DNA of 64,000 nt from Octopus sinensis (Eukaryota). Positions 41,484 through 52,738 of this stretch are shown here, in pieces (the stretch's first letter is position 1; the number at the start of each line of letters is the position of its first letter). The stretch is from the NCBI RefSeq assembly GCF_006345805.1, contig NC_042999.1:105400001-105464000 (forward strand), read 5' to 3'. The notes under the pieces are model-generated. The model was not told where the DNA came from. It worked only from the letters and a program-made list of their open reading frames with translations, and ran no database searches. Position numbers and translations under genes: made by a program.

Positions 41484-42204
41484 ACATAATCAAAAAGGGT
41501 AATAACATAGGTTAATTACCAGTGGCTAGCACAAAAGACGAATTAGTCATTAGACAAAATATTATTCATATAGAAATAATAAAAGGCTCCCAAATGTATG
41601 AATATCAATAGTACAGTAATTGTTTCTTATCAGGAACAAAATGTTTAATAGGACTGCTATAGAAGTGCTCAATTGAATGAGACAAATATATGAAACTAAG
41701 GTTACAGAACAAACAAATGCAAGGTCATCCACATAACATTTCATACCTCGAACATTTAATCATAGAATATACATTCATGACATCACGGAAGATGAAACAT
41801 AACTCATCTGTACAAGCATATAAGAAAGTGCGAGAAAAATATGTGAATACACTTCATCACGGTTAATGTTAATACTTTAGCGATTAAGAAATAAATATTT
41901 TTTAAAAACATTACAACACCTAGAAAATAAATACGTAAAAATATAGTATAAAGTAAATATAAATATATATGTATATACAAATATATAAATGTATATATAA
42001 ATATATATATATATCATATATATATATATAATATATAATATATATATATATAATATATAGGAGGCATATAAATAAGTAATATATAATATATAATGTAAAA
42101 AGAAAAGTTCATCGTTTAAAAATCTTTTAAATTTACTTTTCAAATAAAGGAAACCTATAGTTAAAAACCAGTGTCCAAGCAAAAAAGAAGAAACCATATT
42201 TACA

Positions 42205-42285
42205 TTCCCTATGGCCATTTCAAGGGTACATTACTGTATTTATAGCACTAGGGTGCATCTCAATAATAACTCCTTGGTCAGGGGA
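42205..42285 (-). ncRNA. Type I hammerhead, left-arm copy (G8 to C)
   Basis: UCCC CUGACCA AGG...CCUU GAAA UGGCCA UA GGGAA. Helix III AUGGCCAU is palindromic. Confidence 0.7.
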
Positions 42286-42316
42286 CGGTACGTGATGATG
42301 TCTGTCTCTCTATTGT

Positions 42317-42398
42317 TTCCCCTGACGAAGGAGTTATTATTGTGATGCACCCTAGTGTTTTAAATACAGTAATGTACCCATGAAATAGCCATAGGGAA
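42317..42398 (+). ncRNA. Type I hammerhead, right-arm copy, intact core
   Basis: UUCCC CUGACGA...GAAA UAGCCA UA GGGAA. Helix I UUCCC/GGGAA, extended helix II includes AUUAUUG/CAGUAAU. Predicted cleavage after AUA (42393). Confidence 0.8.
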
Positions 42399-42769
42399 TG
42401 TAAATATGGCTTCTTTTTTGCTTGGACGCTGGTTTTTAACTATAGGTTTCTTTTATATGAAAAGTAATTTTTAAAAGATTTTCTAAACGATGAACTTTAT
42501 TTTTACATTATATATTATATATTACTTATTTATATGCTTCCTATATATATATTTATATATTTTTATATACCTATATTACTTTATACTATATTACTTTATA
42601 TTACATTATACTATATTTATATTATATTTATATTAATTTATACTATATTTTTATGTATTTATTTTCTAGGTGTTGTAATGTTTTTTTAAAAAATATATAT
42701 TTTTTAATCGCTAAAGTATTAACATTAAGCGTGATGAACCAATAATTAACGCAACCAAACTTCCACATG

Positions 42770-42814
42770 TTACTTTTGACAATCTTTTTCCAAAGAGTGA
42801 AACCGGTAAAGTAA
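42770..42814 (+). ncRNA. Type I hammerhead-like motif with U3-A8 core
   Basis: UUACUU UUGACAA UCUUUUUCCAAAGAGU GAAA CCGG UA AAGUAA followed by AAUAAA. Helix I is 6 bp, helix III is ACCGGU. Confidence 0.7.
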
Positions 42815-42946
42815 ATAAACATCTTTTAAATGGCATTTTCAAAACTTCTTTCGTATATAATTCAACTATATATATATATATATAGTGGAATTATATACGA
42901 AAGAAGGTTTGAAAATGGCATTATATATGTATATTATATACTATAT

Positions 42947-43018
<72 letters not shown>

Positions 43019-43082
43019 GTGTGTGTATATATATATATATGTATATATATTATGTATATATATATATATGTATATATATGTG

Positions 43083-43145
<63 letters not shown>

Positions 43146-43200
43146 GTGTATATATATATGTGTATTATATATATATATATATATTATATATATATATATG

Positions 43201-43232
<32 letters not shown>

Positions 43233-43344
43233 ATATCTATATATATATATACTATATATATATAACAAGTGGAGTTGTGGGGTACCGCACGAGTGGAATT
43301 ATATACGAAAGAAGGTTTGAAGATGCAATTTAAAAGATGTTTAT

Positions 43345-43389
43345 TTACTTTACCGGTTTCACTCTTTGGAAAAACATTGTCAAAAGTAA
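43345..43389 (-). ncRNA. Inverted copy of the U3-A8 hammerhead-like motif
   Basis: Lies in 43292-43422, the reverse complement of 42737-42867. The two arms enclose ~420 bp of mostly TA microsatellite. Confidence 0.68.
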
Positions 43390-44199
43390 CATGTGGAAGT
43401 TTGGTTGCGTTAATTATTGGTTGTTGCAAATTGCTACATTACATATATATATATACAGTCTTTGGTAACAGGGGCATGTTAAGGACATAAAAAAGTTCAA
43501 CAAGTTCCTTAAAATATTGAGCAAAAAAGATTACATAAATAATCGTTCTGAAGGACATACTTAAGATAGTTTCCAGAAGGAATTGATATTGATACTGTAT
43601 CTGTATATTCAAACATGCACAGAATATTGGTTGACACACAGTACTATAATCCATATAAATATAAAGTATTTGGTGACAACAGTATGTTGAGAATATAAAA
43701 AAGTTTAACAAGCTCATTAAAATAATGGGCAGAAAAGATTAAAACAAATGTATTATACATCTCAGGGTAATTTCCAGGAGGAATTATTAAAAAAAGTTCA
43801 GTATACACATACAGAATATTATGAGTTCAAAAAGATTTACATTATTGTAGTGGTGAAGTTGTAACTAATCTGTCCGTTTTAGGAGAAATGTGGAATTGAA
43901 AAGAATGTACCCTTTTTTCTTTTTTTCTTTTTTTTGGCTCTCCTTCAAGCATCAATGATTTTGGGGTTAGGATGAGGTGACTATGTTTGTCTTTGTGTGT
44001 ATGTGTGTATGCATACATATATATGTGGTGTGAATAGATGTGTATGTGTGTGTGGGGGGGGGGGCTGTTTTTGATTGGTTCCAGGTGGTGTAAATAGATG
44101 TGTGTTATTTAAAGAATTTTTGGGGGTAGGATGGTGTGTGTATATGTGCGCCCGCCCGTGTGCGCGTCTACGCGTGTGTCGCGGCCATACATATATATG

Positions 44200-44267
<68 letters not shown>

Positions 44268-44345
44268 GGATATATATATGTATATATATATATATGTATA
44301 TATATAGATATATATATATATATGTATATATATAATATATATGTA

Positions 44346-44376
<31 letters not shown>

Positions 44377-44377
<1 letters not shown>

Positions 44378-44565
44378 GTAGGTCCCGGGTTGATTCGGGG
44401 TTAACCACAGTAAATAAGGTACTCAATACATAGCAGAGAGTAAAATTAATTTATTATATAGAAGGAGCTTCTACAGGACTAGAACTGTTTCATTCAAGAG
44501 AAATCTTCAGGCTTCCTGAAGATTTCTCTTGAATGAAACAGTTCTAGTCCTGTAGAAGCTCCTTC

Positions 44566-44570
<5 letters not shown>
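44377..44570. mobile_element. Short PLE-terminus-like insert with a perfect 56-bp-arm hairpin and hammerhead cores
   Basis: 44456-44511 and 44515-44570 are perfect reverse complements with loop CTT. Each arm reads CUGAAGA UUUC-UCUU-GAAU GAAA CAGUUCUA GUC. The minus arm continues into AATAAA. Flanked by (TA)n. Confidence 0.8.
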
Positions 44571-44608
<38 letters not shown>

Positions 44609-44746
44609 GTATATATATATATATATATATATAGAATAAATATATGGTACAACGAAGTACCGATATTACTGGAAAGCATTACTATTTATATATATATACA
44701 TGTATATATATATATGTATATATATATATAATATATATATATATAT

Positions 44747-44880
44747 TAATAAAAGGATTTCCAACCTTGTCTGATTTTCACGTTTTATTTACAATCTTAT
44801 AATGATATATAAAATAATATAATAGAATAAAATAAAATAGTAGAATGTTAAATGTTCATTCTGATTGAACTAGTACTTTT
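44747..44880. repeat. Truncated second copy of the 3160-3560 family
   Basis: CTTGTCTGATTTTCACGTTTTATTTACAATCTTATAATGATAT...TGAACTAGTACTTT matches ~3160-3285. It starts in (TA)n and stops at the HHR GAAA box. Confidence 0.9.
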
Positions 44881-45769
44881 ATATGATCGGAATCTAATCA
44901 ATGATGGTACTCTTATCAATTATATGGTAAATATGTTTCATTAACATACTCTTAGTATACACTTCATTCTGTCCATGAATTATCTCTTGTAATAATGATT
45001 GCTTTGTATATCTCCAATTAAATCTACCCGCTTCAGTTTCTTCTCCTCAAAGCAGTTGCTCTGAGTCCTCGGCTTAACTTCCTTCTAAATGTACACAATT
45101 CGATATTAAGTCATACCAAAGAAAAATCTATGTTTAAAATAGATGTTATGTTTTTCATCGAACTCATTCTAATCAATTGCTCTCAAAAACATTGATTCAT
45201 AAGCAAGTAATATATTTATTGTTTAAATAAGTAATTCAGATACTCAGACATAGATATCTTTACTCAGTTACCTGATTTAGGAGAAAGTAAAAAAAAAAAA
45301 AGTTTAGAGGCTTGGCAATTCCTCTTGTGCATAATACAATCAGCAATATGAACAAAGAACCTAACTGATAGGACCAATCATAGAACAGAAAGTAACACGA
45401 ACTTTTTATGTAGATAACTTTTCTAACATATTTACATTTCTTGCAAATTTTCAAAACTGCAATCAAATGCAGGTTGGGTTGTAAAGTTACTATTCTCGAA
45501 GAGCTGAAGACAAGTTGCAGATAATTACAATGTAATAGATTTAAAATTAAATTCTTGTTATTTAAATTAGATTTACTTTGTTATTGATTCATGCAATGAA
45601 TTAGTGCTGTCGAATCTTTCGAATGGAAAACTATGCGGACTTTATAATACTCGTTACTATTGCTACGGTTTTAGAATAACCTTATTGTGTAATACTATAT
45701 GCAATTCTTTACATATAAATACATATATTTATGTATTATCTATCCATCTATCTATCTAAATATCTATAT

Positions 45770-45960
45770 TATTTATTTCAGTCATTAAGCTGTGGTCAAG
45801 ATTAGTCGAAAAAATAGACCCAATACTGTTTTTAGAAAGTCTGGTACTTATTCTATACGTCCCTTTTAACCTAACCGCTAAGCCATGAGGACATGAGCAA
45901 ACCAGCATCAGTTGCCAATCAGTGGTGGCGGGGCAAACACAAAGACATACGCACGCGCGC
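45770..45960 (-). mobile_element. SINE family A, 3' half, diverged
   Basis: TTTCAGTCATT, GGTACTTATTCTAT, AACCGCTAAG and ACCAGCATCAGTTG match family A. Confidence 0.7.
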
Positions 45961-46248
45961 TCACACACACACATACATGCGTTCTCAAACATATTTCAGA
46001 ATAAGAAAGCCATTTTTTTTTATCCAAAAGGATGTGACACCTAAGTATTTAATATGTACGTTTTAGATTATTCTGTGATATATAATTAGAAAATATATCC
46101 CTCAAGCAAGACCGCCCTCTTTTATTAAATTCAAAATATAAACGAACAGGTGGCATTATTTTATATACATCGCAATGGCAGTTGAATTGAACAACTAAGA
46201 TAGGAGGGAGCATTCGTATAGAAAGGAGGTAGGGAGGGAAGAGAGAGA

Positions 46249-46315
<67 letters not shown>

Positions 46316-46439
46316 TGTAAGTGCGGTAAAGGCAGAGACGAAAGGAAGGAGAATATTTGAGCAAAGGTTAAAGTAAGTGACTGGTTATGTTAGGTATGAG
46401 TAGAAAACATTATGGATAATGGAAAACATTATACAGAAT

Positions 46440-47680
46440 TGAAAATGTCAAGAAGGAGAGTAATATTAATGATTTTAATTTTTCATCATTTAATTTATTC
46501 GTTAAAACTGTCTATAACTGATCATGGTTAACTTGTCATATATGTGGGTTGCTTATGCGTGTACGTATGTACGTTTGATTAAAACATTCCATCATAATTA
46601 TTTGATTAGAATGGCAGTGTTGGATAAAGCTCTTAATGCTGTTGAAAAATTCTTTAAAACGCAGTACGGATGTTTGAGGTGGCCTACACAGCCTAACTAC
46701 TATGAGGTCATTGGTTTTGTTGTGCACGGTGACTGATTCACAATAGCCATTGGAGAACGTCATATTTCCATTTGCCGAAAAGGAATCACGCATGAAAATA
46801 GCAGCTCCACCCTTCCTTCTGTGGCCTCGATCCACGCAGATGTTGGTGAAATTCATCTCTTTCACTTCGGCTTCCAAGTGGGTGTTGTCAAGGTCGGTCT
46901 CGGTAAGAATGAAGAAAGGGATGTGATGTGGATGTTTACCAACCCAGTCCTCAATGAATTGGATCTTCCATATTTGTGCATTGGTGGAAGAACTGACACC
47001 CTGTGCATTGTGTACAAATGTTGGGGCAAGCATAGTGACGGGTTTTGACTGTTGCAGGGATCATTTTTTCTGAATGTGTGTTAGTGACAGCAATGTTGGT
47101 GTTGTAGCACTGGGGTAATAACATAGGATGCTACAGAGCTAAAAAAAAGAATTTTCCTACTCAGGGAGCAGTTTTTGACTGGAGGTGCGGTTTCTTTGTT
47201 GGGTGGTGTTGTCTTCCCTCTTTTGCTGTTGGTTTTGTTGTTGTTGTTGTTGTTGTTGTTTGTTTGTTTTTGTGTCTTCACGAAAAGACTAGGCCATCAT
47301 TTCTGGGGCAGGAAGTGTCTTTACTGTGGTTTATGCGTTGGCTTGGAGCCCCATTTCTGTTAGTGCGTCGGGTCCCTGGAAGACGAGTGAAGGGATTACT
47401 CACACAACAGACATGGTTTCTCGCTTTCAGAATACCGGTAGATTCTGGGATTCCGTGTTATGCGTGTTTTAACGGTCAATTTACTATTTGGTGGTGTTGA
47501 TGTTGATGTTATTGTAGGACGGGGGCTATGGCTTGCAGTGTTTGTCTGGATTGTACGTCTAGTGCAATGTAGAAGTGTGAGGATGCAGTCATTACGTGTG
47601 CAGAGCCTGTCACGTAGTGCACAACGGCATATTTTGGGGTTTCTTTTAGTGTCGTGAGACACACATTCTGCTTCATAATT
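46440..47680 (-). mobile_element. CR1-group LINE 5' part: Cys/His ORF1 remnant plus APE endonuclease
   Basis: ORF 46536-47033: HNAQG, LTETDL (TETWL), VDRGHRRKGGAAIF (DR..GGGV), LCRPP (YRPP), ECFN (GDFN). Upstream PKICRCALRDRLCTRNDC..LH is CCCH-like. Confidence 0.8.
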
Positions 47681-48275
47681 TTTTTTCAGTATTTTATACT
47701 ACAGTAAGATTGAGCTAGCGATGTGAGAGAAGAAAGTAGTGGTTCTTTTTAGTATTTGAGGTGGCAGAAAACGATGGTGGTAGAGGTGGTAGTGATGATG
47801 ATGATGATGATGATGAAGTTGATGATATTTGTGGTGGCTGCTATGAGAATAGTGAGTGAGAGAGATTTGAAGACATACTATCGTTCAGTAAAATAGTTAT
47901 TATGCTTGAATTTAGGAGCGGCTCTTCCTGTTGGTGTTACTGTTCATGATTTTCTGGCTATATTGACCAATATTTGAATTAGTTTGAAGGAAAGCTTGAT
48001 GTGATTTAGTTTGCTGCGTATCTGCTTAACACATAGAATTTCGAGTATATGTGCTGTTTCTTCGGCAATCTCATTTTGTGTTCGGGAGAGAGAAGACCAT
48101 GTGCTTATTAAGGGGTCAATTTCATTATCAGACCAATTTCATTTGTTGTAAGTCTGCTGGTTGGACGCCATGATTTCTTTCTCTTGGTTTTGTTTTGCTT
48201 CAGATATATGTATGTATTCTTTCTTATGTGTGTGAGGCTTTGGTTATCTGAAGATATTAACGAAGTGTATAAATA

Positions 48276-48468
48276 GGCGCAGGCGTGGCTATATGGTAAG
48301 AAGCTTGCTACCCAACCACTTAGTTCCGGTTTCAGTCTCACTATGTAGTAACTAGGGGAAGTGTTTTCTACTATAGCCTCGGACCGACCAAACCCTTGTG
48401 AGTGGATTTGGTAGATGGAAACTGAAAGAAACCCGTTGCATACATATATATGTATATATGATTGTGTG
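48276..48468 (+). mobile_element. SINE family A, 5' half, interrupted at its microsatellite
   Basis: GGCGCAGGCGTGGCTATATGGTAAG...GTGAGTGGATTTGGTAGATGGAAACTGAAAGAA. Confidence 0.85.
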
Positions 48469-48767
48469 TGTAGTGACGCCAGGTTTCTGACGCAATTTGG
48501 GGATTTCATCCGCGCATGCGCAAGCATCAGTCTTCCGGAAGGCCTGCCGGAAGTCCCTCATGCGCATGCACAGTCATCAGCAGCTGCTAGGTTTGACCGC
48601 TATTCTCTCTATCGGCCACCGGCTTCCTACCAGATTGGACGCGACTGAGACCAGCTCCGTGGAGCTGCCAATCTGACGGCGAGCAACGTTGCGAGTCTGT
48701 GAAAATGCCTTTGTATTTTGTCTCTAACTACTAACCCTGCTGCTTCCACCAAGGCGTCCACGCTACC
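48469..48767. mobile_element. Probable solo LTR (GC-rich) carrying promoter motifs
   Basis: Termini TGTAGTGACGCC...GGCGTCCACGCTACC (imperfect inverted ends, TG...C[A]). CpG-rich, unlike the flanks. Confidence 0.55.
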
Positions 48768-48869
48768 GATGTTCAAGAAGGTTTGGAAATGCAATTTTAA
48801 AGGGCCTTTTGAGATAAAATGGTGAAAGTGGTAAGTTCATCCCAAATTCTTTCTAAACTCACAGAGCAA

Positions 48870-49205
48870 CGCAGGGGATTTAGTTGAACGAATCACCATC
48901 AGTACGTATTTCTTAAGCTTCTTGTTTATTGTATCCGTCTCTGAAGCCGAACTGCTAAGTTACTGTAACGTCAATCGTCCAACACCAGATATTAAACGGA
49001 GGTAGGGGACATACACAAAGAAACGTGCTCACACACACACACATATACACGCACACATACATACATTGCATATATATCTATGATATGGTTCCTTTGGTTT
49101 CCGTCTTCTAAATCCACTCACAAGCAATGATCTAGCCTAGATAGAGTAGAAAACATAAGCGAAATGGCTGAACCATCAGAATCATGTGGTTGGGAAGCAA
49201 TCTCT
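48870..49205 (-). mobile_element. SINE family A, diverged copy
   Basis: GCCGAACTGCTAAGTTAC, GTTTCCGTCTTCTAAATCCACTCACAAG, CATGTGGTTGGGAAGCAA. Confidence 0.75.
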
Positions 49206-49550
49206 TGCATCATAACGACACTTATATCTATATGTATGTATGTCTGTCGGTATGTATGTATGTATGAATACATGTGTGTATGTATGTATGTATGCATGAA
49301 TGCATGTATGTAATTGTGCGTATGTATGTGTGTATGTATATGTTTTTGTATGTATGTATGAATTTGTGAATGCAAGCATATAGGTATTGTGCATGTAGAT
49401 ATATATACTATATATATGAATATATATTAGCTATCTCGCTCTCTATATATATCATTCAGTGAGAAAGATATATACATATATATATTTATACACATATATG
49501 TATATATATATATATATATATGTATATACACGTATATGTATGAATATAAG

Positions 49551-49581
<31 letters not shown>

Positions 49582-50219
49582 ATGTGTGTGTGTATATATG
49601 TGTGTGTGTGCAACTACATAAATGCATAACTTCGTGGTGTTGAGGCATATACACGCTTTGAGTTAGTCAAAATATTTACTTTGATCCCGTTGCCTTATGT
49701 TAGATTCCCAGACGTTTCCTTTGCAACATTTTAGTTGTTATCAATGTTGCGAAGAGAGGCAGCTCCAGACAGATTTAAAGACGTAGGTTTAGCTGCTATG
49801 CTGTCAAAAACATCCTGTGTGTTGCCGTATTGGACCGCCATGTAGGGAGAAATTCGACAGTATCAACACCAAGCAGTGTTCACGTATAAGTACATTTTAA
49901 GTGAGTTAAAATATGATAGGGACATATATTTACTTGTAAAAACTTCAGTGCAGTTACCGAGGAGAAAATTATTCTCTTGTGTTAAAAGGAATATAAACAG
50001 CTTAACTGCCTTCAATCGGATATCCATGCACTTTGTTTCCTTAGCTCTTTAGCGTTCTCAATGGGAAATACCGATTTGAGATAATTCTGACCAGATCTTA
50101 AAATGTCGCTTTAACTAAACACAGTAACTGCTGTAAATCAGTAAGTTTGATTTTAGAAGTTGAAATCTGACACAGATGTATTATAACTTACCGAATGTAA
50201 TAATAATAATAATAATAAT

Positions 50220-50282
<63 letters not shown>

Positions 50283-50439
50283 CTTACGGATATGTAAGTG
50301 CATAACAAGTGACATAATCTGAGATCGTCTGCTGGAACCAAAACAATTGCAGTGTGGAAGGTGTTTATAACCCATTTAAGAAACACAAAAACTGTTAGAT
50401 TCAGTTCACCATTTAAAATTTAATTTGGCAATTCCATCT

Positions 50440-51180
50440 TGACAGATGACGACGCCGTCTTTGATCCTTAGGGATTGTCATCATGGCATTGGCAGGCCCC
50501 CTCGTGGCGGAAAAGGCCGATTGTGGAGGCACATGTCCGATTACACTGAGAGCAGCGAAGAGGGCTCCCACGAAGATGAGCTCGTCTAGGATTTTGCTGA
50601 CGTTCCTTGAGCTGTCTCCATTTTCGCGTACCAGGTTTGTCCACACCCCTCCAGGTAGTACGGTCTGTGACCAGTATTTCAAGCTCACCAGGGGGGATGT
50701 TGCAGAGCTGTAGGGATTTCCTGAGATGATACTTATATCGCTTCTTTGGACCTCCATGCGGTCAGTTACCCCCTGCTAACTCCCCCAAAAGGACAATCTT
50801 GGTTATACAGTTTTCCGGCATCCTGATTACATGTACCCTCCAGCGCAGTTAACGTTCTAGGATCATACATTCGATTCTGGTCAATTTCGCTCGTATGTGG
50901 AATCTTGTCCTTCCAGGTTAGATGAAGAATGCACTGGAAACAGCAGATATGAAAGGATTCGAGGAGTTTGACATTACGACGATAAAATGTCCAGGTTTCT
51001 GAGGCACACAGAAGCGTGGAAACCGCAAGAGCACGATAGCCTTGATTTTCGTGGGGAGATTCAGATCACGATTAAGGAAGACATCCAAAAGCGGAGGGGG
51101 CAAGGTGGATGCAATTATGAATTTCGTGGTCAATGACCCCATTGCTTGAGATGATGCTACCCAACGAGCTGCCGGAGTTG
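50440..51180 (-). mobile_element. RTE (BovB-like) LINE 3' fragment
   Basis: RALAVSTLLCASETWTFYRRNVKLLESFH, LRWRVHVIRMPEN, GGPKKRYK, CSQCNRTCASTIGLFSH. Confidence 0.88.
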
Positions 51181-51810
51181 GTGGATAAGATCCTATGCTC
51201 CACCTTGGGACGAGCCAGCTTGCATGGCATCGCCCTCATCAGCCCTCAGTAGGAGCAGGTCCGCTGTTGAGTACTTGCAATACTAGAGCCCCGTTAGCCA
51301 CGTTTTGAGGATTCGTGCTCTAAATATATATATAAATAAAAATATACATTTATATACTTATACAAAATACAAAAGTAAAAGATATGCAATTAAAAAACAA
51401 ATTATATATATACACATAAAAACAGGTATATACATATTTAAAGCCATTTTGTTGAATGGGGTCTGACTGTTCAGGACTTCATCCGCCCTTTGACAGGTTT
51501 TGATATTCATCTCACAGAATATCCAGCAACACCCTCCTCACCAAGCAAACCTAGTGGTGTTGCCAGTTTAGTTGCCGACGACCCGACCATGCAACAGGTT
51601 GTACAGGATTACATGTTACCAGTAGCACTCAAGAACGACTTGACATAATATATATACACAGACCACACACATATAAACTTGCTTGCACACACATATACAC
51701 ATGTATACAGACGCACACATACATATATAAATATAATTATATAGCACTAGTCGCCATGATAGATCGTTAGCCACTACACACATTTTTTTCTCTCCTTTTT
51801 TTTGTGTGTA

Positions 51811-51848
51811 CCTCTCTGTAGAAGAGCGTAGGCTCGAAACGTAAAAGA
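51811..51848 (+). ncRNA. Minimal hammerhead-like motif in a TA-terminated repeat (~51745-51945)
   Basis: CCUCU CUGUAGAA GAGC-GUAG-GCUC GAAA CG UA AAAGA. Helix III is ACGU. The core deviates (A6 to U, one extra A). Confidence 0.55.
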
Positions 51849-51952
51849 CTTTTTTCTATTCCTGAGCGTTATACTAATACATCTGTTTGTTTTGTACACC
51901 ACTTGTCTTCGTCTTTTGTTTTTTTTTTCGTAAACTTTCCCTATATAATATA

Positions 51953-51997
<45 letters not shown>

Positions 51998-52014
51998 CCT
52001 ACATACATACAAAC

Positions 52015-52094
<80 letters not shown>

Positions 52095-52280
52095 ATAAAG
52101 GCTATAGGCCTCATTGGGGATAATATAATGCAATGAAAATACTGGTTTGTTACCAATCCATAGGAGGTTCAAGTATAAGGTAACTATATAAACTGTGGTC
52201 CATATATTTATATATTTAAAGAATATGGACAAAATGAAGGGTTAATTAATAAAACACTTATTCTTAATTATAAAAATATG

Positions 52281-52370
52281 ACATCTCTAACAGCGGTTTC
52301 GATTCAGTAAACTTTAGATAATTATTTTACAAAATTAAAATCATTATAAGATGAATCTCTTCAGATGCAG
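52281..52370 (-). ncRNA. Hammerhead with intact core and long helix II loop, in a TA-flanked PLE-like segment (~52090-52550)
   Basis: CUGAAGA GAUUCA...UGAAUC GAAA CCGCUG UU. Perfect 6-bp helix II, helix III one change from ACAGCUGU, helix I weak. Confidence 0.62.
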
Positions 52371-52548
52371 CAAAGATATACCGTTAACTGATAGCAAATA
52401 TACAAAAAGAGCCGCTTATAGAAGGCATCAATCCAACAGAGGGAGGAAAGGTAGTATATATTCTTATGTCTTAAATTAGAAATGAATAAATTAATAGCAT
52501 AGCATGAGGTATTAAGAAAGGGAAGCAGAAAAAGGAAAAGAAGACAAA

Positions 52549-52603
<55 letters not shown>

Positions 52604-52604
52604 G

Positions 52605-52671
<67 letters not shown>

Positions 52672-52690
52672 GCGTGTGTGTGTGTGTGTG

Positions 52691-52738
<48 letters not shown>

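Larger units (their letters stand above)
41853..42738. repeat. ~885-bp fold-back (arms ~430 bp, 32-nt spacer), PLE pseudo-LTR-like
   Basis: 41853-42285 is the reverse complement of 42318-42738 apart from scattered substitutions and the TA-rich middle. Confidence 0.92.
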
